DNA of 64,000 bases from Callorhinchus milii (lineage: Eukaryota), in assembly GCF_018977255.1 (NCBI RefSeq), contig NW_024704742.1:129768001-129832000 (forward strand), in the 5' to 3' direction. The notes beneath the pieces are model-generated. The model ran no database searches, was not told where the DNA came from, and worked only from the letters and a program-made list of their open reading frames with translations. Below are positions 39,451-51,979 of this stretch, piece by piece. The translations under genes and the position numbers were made by a program. Position 1 is the first letter of the stretch, and each line of letters starts with the position of its first letter.

Positions 39451-40292
39451 GTAAGATGATTTGATCCAAAGATGTAATACTGTGTTGACAAAGGCTCATT
39501 GATTTGAATTATACCTCAAGGGGCTAGAAAGCATTTGTTGATGTACAATATTTGCTCAGACCGTCTCAGAAACGTACTTTAATATCCAAAGTCCTCAAGA
39601 AACTGTTTACCACAGAGCTAAATTGCAAAGTGACGTCAAAGTGTTCAGTCCATTTAAATGTAAATACAAAATGAGTATTTAATTAAGTTATTAATTATTG
39701 AATTGTGCTCCACCTCCCTCTCACGGGCAATTGATTTCGAAGTGCATTTTGACAACTTTTAAAGCCACAGACTCACCCAAAATCTTAGCACACTTTGGGA
39801 AGTGATTCAGTGCAGTTTATCTGTATCAGAGGGTGGTTAGCCAGTTAACAAAATATCCAATTGAATGTTTTATTGAATGAGCCTGTGACATGTAAAAGGT
39901 AAATCTGGTAGCTCTGCTCTGTGTTTCATGTTGTGAGGATTATTGTCGTTTTACCTTAAGTTATCATGCTCTAAAATATAAAGTGAATCTGCATGTTTTG
40001 TTCTACACCTGAAAGGCTCTATACAGATATAATTTTTTATTGTGCTGTCAAGGAATAAGACCATTTCTACCTTATAGTGTAATACTATATCTCTGTTAAA
40101 TGTTGCTGTATCTGTGTCCAACTGAGTGGTTCCAAAACAGGTTTTTGCATTAGTTTGAAGTGACGTTCATGCCAAATCGACATAAAATCTTCAACGTAAC
40201 ATAACAAAGAGCTGCATACACAGAGATGTATGTTAGCCTTGCAAGCCACAGCCTAAGCAGTACAGTTGTCCTAAGTGGATAAGCTGTAGGAA

Positions 40293-40669
40293 GCTTATTA
40301 GTGCTCTCAAAGGCAAGTTATACAGTTTGAGCTGGTTAAACTCCAGCAGTACCCTAACACACACTCTGGGTTCTTGCCAAACTAATACTCTCTGGCATTT
40401 GGTAAGCTGGATATGTTCTTCCAGAGGGAGAGTGCGCATTACATTCCAGATACAAGGACATTTCCATGTGCAGGTGGTACACACACATGTAAAGCTCCCA
40501 GTTTGGTTTGGATATTCTTTTTGTGGTTTTCTTGGTGTCTGACATATGTGGAAACCCATCACCGTGCTTATAGAGCATCCAAACCAAACTGAGAGTGTGT
40601 GTTGGGGTAACTTCTGGAGTTTAACCAGCCCAAAATGCGTACTTAACCATTGAGAGAACTGTCTTAAGC
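40293..40669. repeat. Long imperfect palindromic dispersed repeat
   Basis: Arms 40293-40372 and 40586-40669 are reverse complements; inner segment recurs at about 2870-2935 and 42755-42815. Confidence 0.75.
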
Positions 40670-43639
40670 ATAGAAATGGGTTTCTGAAAGTGTCAGACAC
40701 CTGGCTGACAAGATAAAAACATAAGGGAGGCTAGATTTAGAATGCCTGGCGCTGCTGTATGCCTGTATTATAACTAGAACTATTGTTCCCAGATGATGAC
40801 ATCTTTCTTTTGGATATGAAGTTAAACCGAGGTCTCGACTGCCCGTTCAGGTGGATCCCATGGCACGGTTCAAAAAGAATAGCTAGTTTCTACCGATATC
40901 AATGTCAACAATCTCCCCAAATAAAATTGGTCACTCACCCTCATGGCTGTTTGTGGGACATCACTGTGCACAAATTGGCTGCCGGGTTCACCTTCATAAT
41001 ACATAGTCACAACACTTTACAGTATAACCTGTGAAACGCTCTGGGATGTGCTCATGAAAGGCACTATACCAAATTATTATTATCTTGCATTCTAAAAGGT
41101 GTGATCATCCTTCAGGTTTGAATTCTAGCTGCCACAACAGCTTGTTAACCTCCAGTTTTCAGTATTAGGCAGAGAGCTGGAGAAAAATCAAACCACTTCT
41201 GTATAGAAAAAACTCCTTACATCACTGTGAGGCATATTTACACACCTCAAGGTAACAATCCTGTTAAAATTTAAATAGTTCACACCAGTTTCCCTCAGCT
41301 GGAAGCAAAACCTTCAGCTCATCAGGATTTCCTCACTTGTGAGTTTTGTGTTTCCGCTTATTTCTAAAACGTTGAGGTTTATTCTGCGATGTTTCTTAAT
41401 GGGAATCTCGAATAAGGAATCCTGTTAGAACTGACTGGAGGTGGACAGCTCAGGAAAAGAGTCCCTGTGGGTCAGTGCAATGCACTGCAGAAGTTGCCTT
41501 GTTTAACATTGCTCACATTTGGTACATGTGAGACTTTGTTTCCTTGTTCACCATAGCCCAAGATTTCACAATTACCTCATGAGCAGCTGCTGTGTATGCT
41601 ACGGGGTAATGATTAAAGTCATTCTGCAAGGTACATAATAATAATGCTTGCATTTGGCATTTTGATGTAGCGCCTTATCAAGTCGTTGAGGCATAACAAA
41701 TCGCTTCACAGGATATACTGTAAGTTGATTATCTTGTGTAAACGTAAAGCGGCAGCCAAATTGCACACACCAGTGCCCCACAAACAACCATGGCGTGAGT
41801 GAACAATTTTATTTGGGGGATTTATTGGTCAGGACACCGGAAAAAACTCCCATTTTTTGAATAGTGCTATGGGATTTTTACCATCCACCTGAACAGACAG
41901 ACAGGATCTCGGTTTAATGACTCATCCAAAGGACAGCATCTCCGACAATGCAACACCCCCCCAGCACTGCATTGGGGTGTCAACTTAGACTTTGTGATTC
42001 CAAGTCCTGATGTGGGGCTTGAATCCATAACCTTCTGACTCAGAGGCGAGAGTGGTACCACTGTGCGAGGCTGACGCACATGATCGAGACTCGCTTTAGG
42101 CACCATTAGCTCAAGTGCGATTTGAATAAATCTGTTTATCTACATACTTAGAAAGGGTTCCATGAGCTGATGTTGGAATATTGTCGAATCTTGGAGTTTA
42201 CATCAGTGCAAACATGAAGTGAATCCTAGTGGAACATTGCTGTGCACAATTGGCTGTTGCGTTTTGTACTCAAAATACACCCACAGTCAATTCACTTTAC
42301 AATATATTCTGTGAAGCGCTTTGAGACGTCTCAACGACGTGACAAAGCACTATATCAAATGAAAGGATTATTATTGCACAGCAGAGCAGGTGTACGATTG
42401 ACCCTATTACATAACTATCAATTCCTCGTGTACCTGACTTGACTTTGCTGTTACAGTATTTTGTACTTTATACAATGCGCCATCTGTGGAGAATTAACTG
42501 TTCGTCTTGGATGTTGTCTTTCTGGATGATAAACATTTCAAATAATGTAAGAAAAACTGCCATTCTCAGGGCTCTAATGAGATAAAAGATGTTTATTGCC
42601 TTTGGGCAATTGCTTGTACGCCAGAGCATTTAGTTTATGCAACATTTTCAGTTGCCTCTTTATATCAACAGTTAAACATTCTCTCGGTCTCAATGCATCA
42701 CCAAATTTTGTGATCTAAATACAAACACAAATTAAGAATTGTTTTTTTGCGGGGGTGTAGTCTGATATATGTGGAAACCCTTCTCCGTACTTAAGTATAT
42801 ACAAACCAGACTGAGGGCCCACATATGCCAATTTGTCCATCTCAGTTTTCTGTATCTATTGCAGCATCAATGTGATTTCCCTAATTTGATATTTGAATGG
42901 GATCTAAAGTGTAATATTCTCAATCTAGATTGTGATTTCGGACTGAAATTGTGGGATTTGTAACTTGTGACTGAAATTGTGGGATTTGGTAACAAATTCC
43001 CGTAAAAAAAATCTGTATCTTTTATAGTTTCACATAAAATTACATAGCATCTACAGCACAGAAACAAGCCATTCAGCTCAATTAAACTAAACCCCAAATA
43101 ATAAATAAAGTTGGCTAATCACCTAATGTCTGTTTGTAGGACATTGTCATGCATAAATTAGTTAACGCTTTTGCCTACAAAATATGATTATAATAATCTA
43201 CAGTATATCCCGTGAAGCATTTTGAGACATCCTCCTGACATGATCAAATGCAACAATTATAACAAAAGCCTCCACCCATCCTAATTCCGTCTACCTAGCT
43301 TTCCCGCTGTTTTGTGAATCCCTTGTGAAACATTGGCAATTGTGTGTGTGCGTGTGTGAAGGGCGGTCAATAAAAATGGCATTGTTAAACTTAAATCTTG
43401 CAACAAGTAAATGTGCTTTATTATTCAACTCAGAAGGGACAGTTTTTTGATTAAAACTTAGCCAATGTAACAATACAGAGATTTCACAACTGCTGTCAAT
43501 TTCTTTTTAATTTGCATCACCCTAGAGTGAACCAAAGTGAAATCGAATCATATAAAATAAATAGTGGAGTGCATCCTAACAAACATTGTACAACAAATCA
43601 GAGGGTGGTACAGTCACTCACTCTGGTGCTGCCAACTAT

Positions 43640-43912
43640 AACAACAACAACTTGGATTTATATAGCGCCCTCCATGCCGGACGGCGTCTCAGAGCGCTTC
43701 ACAGTAACGGAGACCCGGGGCCGAGCCAAGGGGAGGGGGAGGGAGGTGACCAAAGGTGCGGTCGAAAAGAAAAGTTTTCAGCAGAGACCTGAAAATAGGA
43801 AGAGAGGGAGCGAGGCGAAGGGAGTGAGGAAAGGAGTTCCAGAGCCTCGGGCATAGTGGCTGAAGGCACGGCCGCCGAGGGTGGAGCGGAAGAAGGAGGA
43901 GGCCAGACCCGG
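43640..43912 (-). mobile_element. L2 LINE 3' fragment
   Basis: Near-identical to the 3' end of 22828-23425. Confidence 0.85.
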
Positions 43913-44188
43913 AAAGTGAATCTATGTGCACTGTCTATGATTTCACAGTTTGTGGGATTGATACAACCTACACAAATAAAGCCTGAAATCTTTTCCATGA
44001 GTATCCAATTGTCTGAAACAGAACTGTACCTCTGACCTAACTTTATAACAAGCAGGTCTCAAACAAGCTGATCATTGCACCAGTTCAGATTTTAGCCCAA
44101 GGAAAACCTTAACAAAAACTCCAGCTATCAGGGTTGTCTTAATTCTGATGTAGAGTTACTAGCACAGCAGTTTGGAGCTATCTCTATT

Positions 44189-44543
44189 TGTGGAGTCCTG
44201 TAGCCTATATTAGTCAGAGCACTCACTTCACAAGCGAGAGGACCTGGGTTTGATTCCTGGGCAGGGCGAAACCTTAAGCAATTTTCTATACTCCGCTTGC
44301 CACTGTTTACTTAGCAGCAAGTAGGAACTCGCTTGTTAGTCGATTGGCAGATAATTTTCTGGGGTAATATCCCTTCAAAAAAAACCAATTTGATCACTCG
44401 TCCACTGCTGTGCACAATTGACTGCCGTGTTTCACCAACACAATATACAGTCGATTCACTTTACGGTATATTCTGTGAAGCGTTTTGAGACGTCTCGAGG
44501 ACATGATAAGGTGCTACATCATATGCAAGGATTATCATTATCA
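44189..44543 (+). mobile_element. Full-length tRNA-SINE (same family)
   Basis: Colinear with 20011-20394. Confidence 0.9.
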
Positions 44544-45997
44544 TCTCATCACTGAGGAGATGCTGCTTGCCTCCCCCACAAGGAGGATAGTCACCACAAA
44601 AGATCAAGTTACTCCCCTTCTTTAACAAAGGAAGAGAGTTCAGCCAAATGCTGAATTATTAACTGTTCCCAAGCTGTCTTTGATGCTGAGCCCATTAGTT
44701 TAATTACATCAGTGAAGCTTCATTCATTCACTTCCATTGCCATGTGATCCCAAGATCACAAGATCAGGTTGGTTGAAGAAGTTCCTTCAGCCCATCTGAT
44801 CTTATCCTTCAGAACACCCACCCTACCGACCTCTCGACACAGTACCAAGCTGCTTTTTAAATATCCAGTGGCCTGGCCTACAAAACACTTCCTGGTAATC
44901 TGTTCCACTCATTAAAGAAAATCTTCCTGGTGTCTGTCCTGAAATTGGCCTTTGCAACTCTAAACCTATGTCCTTTTGATGTACTGTTTTAAGCTTTCCC
45001 GAGACACTATGGTGAGACAGGAATTGTCCTCATTGTTACTGAAAAATAGGTACAGGCTGCTGTGCTCTCTTTCCCTGCCAGTGTTGAGGCACTTATCACA
45101 ATACAGGAAGCATTGATCTTCGAGCCCAGAGATAAGAATGAGCCAGGTTCAGTTTTGTTTCAAAAATCATGAATGAAGTTAATGACCTTTTCTCCAAATT
45201 GCCTTGAAGTCCTACAGCTGCATTCCTCCCCTACAATGGAAATGTTTGGGTGAAAACACTTGTTATTAAATTTGATGAAAAACAAATCTCAAATAAATCC
45301 AGGAGAAAACAATCCCAGTTCTGAAGGCCTGCAAAGGGGTAGTTTAGTGCAGGCATCTTGCTTTCTGATGGGCTTTGTTTGAGCTTTTCTCTGTCAAGCA
45401 GCAGAAAGCTAAAGTTGACTGAGAATGTGACTTCTGGTTCACGAGTAATACGTTCACCTGCAAATTACACTGACGGAAAGACTGTATATTTGTGGGCGAA
45501 ATGCGGCAGCCAATTGCGCACAGCAGTGTCCCAAAAACAGTCGTAGATTGAAGTGACCAATTTTTTTTTGAGGGATTATTATCAGGTGTGTGGAGTAACG
45601 AAACTTGCCCAAGCTTTCGCCCTGCCTGGAATCCAACCCAGGTCTCTTGCGTACAAAGCGAATGCTCTACCCACTGAGCTACAGGACTCCGATAGATCAC
45701 AAATAACTGAACAGCAGTGAATGCAGAGTGTCTATTGTGATAAATTCAAGGTACCCATTCCTTATTTGTTGAAACAATGCTGGCAATACTGGCACAATCA
45801 ACTGTTTATCTGATGCAGTGTCACCAACAAAATGCAGTCACTACATTTTACAGTAAATACTGTGAAGCATTTTGAGACATCCTCCCAACATGAAAGAAGC
45901 TATGTCAAATGCAAGGATTATTATTATTTATCATTATTAATTTGAACCCAGTTGTTAACTCTGTCATACTAATGACTCTTTTTCTTTTCCCCCTAAG

Positions 45998-46027
45998 GTA
46001 ATTCACATGGCCATTGGAGTTATGAAG
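45998..46027 (+). CDS. ca9: CA exon 2 (30-nt micro-exon GNSHGHWSYE)
   Basis: Strong pyrimidine tract, AG...GT boundaries, alpha-CA N-terminal HWSY motif. Confidence 0.9.
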
Positions 46028-47169
46028 GTAATAGTTAATTGAACGGTTCTTCTTTGGCCTTAACAGTTATGGCAAAGATTAACAATTAATGCACAACAGC
46101 CACACAGCACTATCAAACATTTAAACCTAGCTATAAACCACTTCCTTGTACAGCTATCAAACTGTGGGTCTGTATTATGTTCTTGTGTTTCAGAGGTAAT
46201 AACACTTCTAATTATAGAGGGCTCAATTTTGCGGTATTTCTCGATTATTTCCTAATCTAAATTCAATCTTGTAATTAAGGAATCTGTGCAGTGACTCACA
46301 TGAGATTTTCAGAGGATGAAGCCCTTTCAGCCCATTTGATCTCATCCTTCCAGAACACCAACCCGACTGTCCTTTCATCGTAGCATCAAAGCTATTTTGT
46401 TACATAAGTCTGCATGTCCTAACTTTAACCACCCTTCCTGGTAACAATTATTCCAGTTGATCATTATTCTCTGGGTAAAGTTACACCTCCTGAAATTCCG
46501 CTATGCATCTTTAGGCTTATGTACCTCTTGTTCTGCCGCCACGGTGAATCCAAAAATATTGTGCTGGTTTACTTTCTTAATCCCATTTAAACCTTTTACA
46601 TTAGGAGCTCACCTTCTCGAGAGAAACCCATTCCGAATATGGATTGGCGAGTGGCATTCCCATGAGTCAGGGTCATGGATTTCCAGATACTGAATGGGAC
46701 ACGTACTAACAGGGAACTATTTGATACCAAGCATTCTGTCTCACAAAGGATGTGTTTCTCAGTGTTGGTGTATTGGTTAAATCACTAAATAATAGACAAT
46801 GGCAGATCAAGTGTTTGAAATCTGGATTTGTGTTTACAATGTTAATTATAACTATTCCGAGCAGAATCAATGTGCAAGGAGAAATGAATAGATAAAAAGA
46901 TGTTAAAATTAACAATTGTTTGTAAATATAATTTTATTAAAAAATGATGAGTTTAATACCTTTCAGGATAGCACACAGTGAACATTTAGAGATTCTCATT
47001 CAAGAGACTGGTTGTCTCATCATCCACTGGAACACAAGAGTCGCTAATCTCAGAGTATTGCCTCTGACAGAAATACCTTATTGTAAACTGTTGCAAGTGT
47101 AGAGAATAGAGGTGATAAATTTACTAAGTTACATCAGATGAATAGGCATACTTTGCTTTCCTTCTTCAG

Positions 47170-47340
47170 GTAAGGAAGCCTGGAGCAAAGACTACAAACT
47201 GTGTGAGGGACATGCACAGTCTCCTATCAATATTGTCGTAAGAAAAACTTTGCTGAAGACAAGCCTAGTGCCAATCACCGTTGAAGGTTACAATTTACCA
47301 GAAGCAGATTTACTCACCTTGTCCAACAATGGACATACAG
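47170..47340 (+). CDS. ca9: CA exon 3
   Basis: GKEAWSKDYKLCEGHAQSPINIVVRKTLLKTSLVPITVEGYNLPEADLLTLSNNGHT (Cys23 and His64 equivalents); 171 nt. Confidence 0.95.
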
Positions 47341-48152
47341 GTAAACACTTCCTTCTTAGTGGGGAAGTTTTATTCAGCGGTTTTGGGAGAGGGTGGCTGG
47401 AGAGACTTATGTTCCTTTCTAGGAGATTTCCTGGAGAAAACCCTCTGCATAGCGAGTGGTTTTGTTGGTGGTCACAGGGCGGTGATGCCAATGTGTTACA
47501 CTCAGGACTAAAACAACCAATTTGTTATAAATTTAAGCACTTTGAAAAGTCTTCACAACTTGAAACGGGAATCAATTTATTGTGATTGTATTGTAAGTTT
47601 GTTTATCAGGAAAACTTTCGTAATCGGTTTCCTTGTGATAGTCACGAAACATTGCAAATTTCCTATAGTTGGATAATTAATGGCACTCACACTCATTTCT
47701 GCCAACAGACTCCCCCACCCCTACCCCCACTACCCGTCTCTCACTCACAGGCACCTTCCTGGATTCTCGACACAGTCGAGCCCAAGTCCCATCTGCTGTG
47801 TTGGAGGCAGAATTGGAGTAAAGAAAGCTCAGAGCAAACCAACTTCATTCAGTTGATTTCCTGTTCTGCTGCACTGAAATTCAGCACCAAAAGAGTGAGG
47901 GTATTGCCTTGCATTGTACCATGATGTTGGGGGGGAAGCTCTGGCTGCCTTGCTGAGAATGGGAATTCACAATGTGTCTATCCTACATTTCCACATTGCG
48001 GCGATGAACTCGCCCCCCAAACGATAAATATTGTTCATAGGAACAGCTTGTTAGAATGTAAAACTATGTGAAATTACAATTGATTGGGAAATGGAGCCAG
48101 TGAATATAAGAGTAAGGGAATAAAGATTGTGTGTTATTTTATTCTTCTCAAG

Positions 48153-48295
48153 TCCAACTTTCGCTCCCGGATACAATGAGCATAACCAGCGGTCTGTCAC
48201 AGACATACAGAGCAGCTCAGCTACACCTTCACTGGGGGTGTGGAGATACCCTGGGATCAGAGCACACAGTGGACAGCACCCGCTATCCTGCCGAG
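48153..48295 (+). CDS. ca9: CA exon 4 (Zn ligands His94/His96)
   Basis: VQLSLPDTMSITSGLSQTYRAAQLHLHWGCGDTLGSEHTVDSTRYPAE; 143 nt. Confidence 0.95.
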
Positions 48296-48344
48296 GTAAC
48301 AATGTAAACTCTTATTCGAAAAGAGAAGGAACTTTCTCCTTTGT

Positions 48345-48876
48345 CTCGACTATGCCAACTCCCTGCTTGTCGGCCTTCACAACTCTTCCCTCCACAAGCT
48401 GCAGATTATTAGGAATTCTGCAGCTCATGTCCTAACCTGCACCAGGCTCCATGACACCATCACACCCATCTTCGCTCGGCTCCACTGGCTCCCCATCCCT
48501 TGCTCCTTCCTACCTCAGTGACCTGCTAATCTTTTGTCAACCTGTCCACTCACTCTGCTCAGCAGACTCCGGCCTGCTCCACATCGCCCACCTGGCCTGC
48601 GCCACCATTGACGATCGGGCCTTCAGCCTCTACGCCCCCACCCTTTGGAATTCCATCCCACATTCCCTTTGCCTCGCTCTCTCCCTTGCCTCTTTCAAGG
48701 CACATCTCAAGACCCTCCTCTTCAACCATGCCTTTGGCTACCCTCCTAATCCTTCCTGCCCTCCACCCTCCCTTACCCCAAGCCCGACTACTCAGATCCA
48801 AATCCCTGACTGTCCCATGCCTTGGGACTGCCTTCTGACGTGAAAGGCTCTATACAAATGTAATTGTGTATTGCAT
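48345..48876 (+). mobile_element. Old L2 3' fragment starting about 50 nt after the CA exon 4 donor
   Basis: RAFSLYAPTLWNSIP...LKTLLF; L2 tail stem-loop. Confidence 0.85.
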
Positions 48877-48997
48877 TATCCTGGCTGACAATCCCCCAAA
48901 CAAAATTAACCATTCACTTCATGGCTGTTTGTGGAACAATGCTTTGCGTAAATTGGTTGCCGCATTCATGCACAAAATATACAGTCACTCCACTTTA

Positions 48998-49886
48998 CAA
49001 CAACAACAAGATTCCATTTATAAAGCGCCTTTCACGTCAGGAGGACGTCCCAAGGCGCTGCACAGTTGGGTCAGGACCCGAGCAGGGGGAAATGGTCAGG
49101 GTGAGGGGAGGGAAGGGAGGGAGCGAGGAGGGGGGAAATGGTCAGGGTGAGGGGAGGGAAGGGAGGGAGCGAGGAGGGGGGAAATGGTCAGGGTGAGGGG
49201 AGGGAAGAGAGGGAGCGAGGAGGGGGAAGAGAGTCGAGAGGGGAGCTGAAGGCTCGGTCAAAGAGAAAGGTTTTGAGACCGGCCTTGAAGGAGGAGAGGG
49301 AGGAAGCAAGGCGAAGGCACTGGGGGATGGAGTTCCAGAGCCTCAGGGCTGAGAGACTGAAGGCCCGACCACCGATGGTAGGGCGATTGGGGCGGGGGAC
49401 GTGGAGCAGACCGGAGCCGGAAGAACGGAGGGTACGGGCAGGTAGGTAGGGGGATAGTAGGTCAGAGAGGTAGGAGGGAGCAAGGCCGTGGATGGCCTTA
49501 TAGGTGAGGATGAGGATTTTGAAATCAATCCTCTGGGGGATGGGGAGCCAGTGGAGACGAGCGAGGGTGGGAGTGATGTGGTCCCGAAGCCTGGTGCGGG
49601 ACAGTACATGAGCTGCAGAGTTCTGAATGACCTGCAGCTTGTGGAGGGAGGTGGCAGGAAGGCCGGCGAGGAGAGAGTTCCCATAGTCCATAGTGACGAA
49701 GGCGTGGACCAGGGTTTCAGCAGCGTGAGGGGTGAGGTAGTACCGTAGTCTGGCGATGTTCCAGAGGTGATGGAAGGCAGTGCCAGTTGTGGTGTGGATG
49801 TGAGGGAGAAAGGACAGCTCACGGTCGAACAAAACGCCGAGGTTCCTGACTGGCTTTGAGAGGTGGAGAGTGCAGCCTTGGATGCA
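48998..49886 (-). mobile_element. Young L2 3' fragment with a triplicated 46-bp 3' UTR unit
   Basis: VRNLGVLFD...LHWLPI...LKTFLFDRAF; near-identical to 53420-54270. Confidence 0.93.
49090..49227. repeat. G-rich 46-bp minisatellite (3 units) inside the L2 3' UTR
   Basis: AAATGGTCAGGGTGAGGGGAGGGAAGGGAGGGAGCGAGGAGGGGGG starts at 49090, 49136 and 49182. Confidence 0.92.
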
Positions 49887-50716
49887 GAACATCATATGAA
49901 GCGCTTTGAGAAGTCCTCCCAACGTGAAAGGCGCTATATCAAATATAAGGATTATCATTATAGTTAATTTCACAATTTGGAGAAAAAACAATGACTGTTG
50001 TGTTCACTGCCCTATTCATGGGTCAGATTGATTTAATGATACACAGACTGTAACAAAATGTCTTTACACAGAGGGTCCTTGTAATGTGGAAATTGCTGTT
50101 TTGCATGTTATCGGGTAAGTGGTTCCTGAGTATAATTAGTTCCAATGAAGAATTAAATAAGGACTCCTTGACTGAAATAGGTCATACGATACTCATGCAC
50201 AGTGTAGCGTCTCTTTGCAAGAAATATTAATAAACCTTAGCATGATGTAAACAGATTGGAGAAGCAGCGGGAGGAATCAATGGGGGGGGTCTTGAGAATA
50301 AGATTACACTCTGTGTTTTTTGGAGTCCTCACACAGGCAGGCCCCTGAACCAAAAATAAAGCAGTACAACAGTTGACAACTTCAAGGTAGTAACTTGTAG
50401 TAACTTGGAGTAGAGTCCTGTAGAATACTAGTTAGAGCGCTCACCTTGCAAGTGAAAGGACCCAGATTTGATTCCCATGCGGAGCAAAACCTTAGGCAAG
50501 AGCCCTTACCCCACACACCTCTATTTAGCAGTAAGTAGGAACCCAATTGGTAGTCAATTGGTGGATAGCTTCCTAGAGATAATATTCCCTCCACAAAACA
50601 ATCTACAGCGGTTTGTGGGACACTGCTGTGCACAATTGGCTGCTGCATTCCGCCCACAAACCATATTTTCAATCCACTTTACAATATATCGTGTGAAGCG
50701 CTTTGAGACGTCTTAA

Positions 50717-51789
50717 CCACACTCGCCTGGTTCGAGTCCTACCTCACAAACCGCCAGCAGTACATCTGCACAAACGGCTTCTCCTCCCACTCTCACCTGG
50801 TGATCTGCGGGGTACCCCAAGGATCCATCCTTGGCCCCCTGCTCTTTCCAATCTACATGCTCCCTCTTGGGGATGACATTCGCAGACATGGGGTACACTT
50901 CCACGTGTATGTGAACGACACCCACCTCTATTTTTCCACCTCTCTTTGCGACCCCCAGTCCCCTGATGTTCTGTCAGCCTGCTTATCAGATCTCAGGAGC
51001 TGGATGAGCGTGAATTTCCTTCAGCTGAACGTTGACAACGACATACTCTTTGGCTCTCGTCAACGTCTAAAATCTCAAGGTTCTCACCTCCTCCACCTAC
51101 CTGACCTGCCCCTAAAACTCTCCGAACCCGTACGCAACCTGGGCGTCAGGTTCGACCCCCAATTATCCTTCCTCCCCCACTTACGGTTCCTCACCAGAAC
51201 TGCTTTCTTCCACCTCCGATGCATTGCCTGCATTCACCAATATCTCTCTCCGAAAGCCTCACCCTTGTCTTCAAATCCCTCCACTCCTCTGCAGCCCCCT
51301 AGCTCTCTGACCTCTCTCCTCAAAACAGTGCCCATTGCCTTTGTTCCTCCGGGTCTGGCCTCCTCCTTGTCCCCCGAGTCCTCCTCTCCACCCTGGGTGG
51401 GCGTGCCTTCAGACCTTTCTTTTTGACCGCGGCTTTGGTCACCTTCCCCCCCCTCCCCCTGGCTCGGTCCCGGGAACCTAAACTGTAAAGAGCTCTGAGA
51501 CGCCGTCCGGTGTGGAGGGCGTTTTATAAATCCAAGTTGTTGTTGTTGTTGTTTAGCCACTACGCCCCGAGGCTCTGGAACTCCCTTCCTCACTCCCTTC
51601 GTCTCGCTCCCTCCCTTCCTATTTTCCAGTCTCTGCTGAAGACCTTTCTTTTCGACTGCACCGTTGGTCACCTTTCTCCCCCTCCCCCTGGGTCGGCCCC
51701 GGGATCTGTCACTGTGAAACGCTCTGAGACGCAGGTCCGGAGTGGTGGGCGCTATATATATATATATCCAAGTTGTTGTTGTGGTTGTT
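50717..51789 (+). mobile_element. Two tandem L2 fragments (internally deleted RT fragment plus a short 3' end)
   Basis: GVPQGSILGPLLF, VRNLGVRFD; two (TTG)n tails at about 51540 and 51780. Confidence 0.85.
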
Positions 51790-51886
51790 AACGGAATGAT
51801 AGGGTGCTCTATTAAATGCAAGGATTATTATTATTAGAACTTGTAATTTATTATTATATTATAACGTGTAATTTTCAATTTTCCAG

Positions 51887-51979
51887 ATCCACTTTGTCCA
51901 TTTCGCTGCTAAATACGGAAGTCTGCAAGAGGCAATGCACAAGGATGATGGGCTAGCTGTTCTGGGGGCATTTTTTGAG
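51887..51979 (+). CDS. ca9: CA exon 5 (Zn ligand His119)
   Basis: IHFVHFAAKYGSLQEAMHKDDGLAVLGAFFE; 93 nt, phase 0-0. Confidence 0.95.

Noticed and set aside
40233..40700. 155-aa minus-strand ORF
   Set aside because: Overlaps a palindromic dispersed repeat; no recognisable domain or splice context
42941..42992. Short tandem duplication GACTGAAATTGTGGGATTTG x2
   Set aside because: Ordinary local duplication with no further structure
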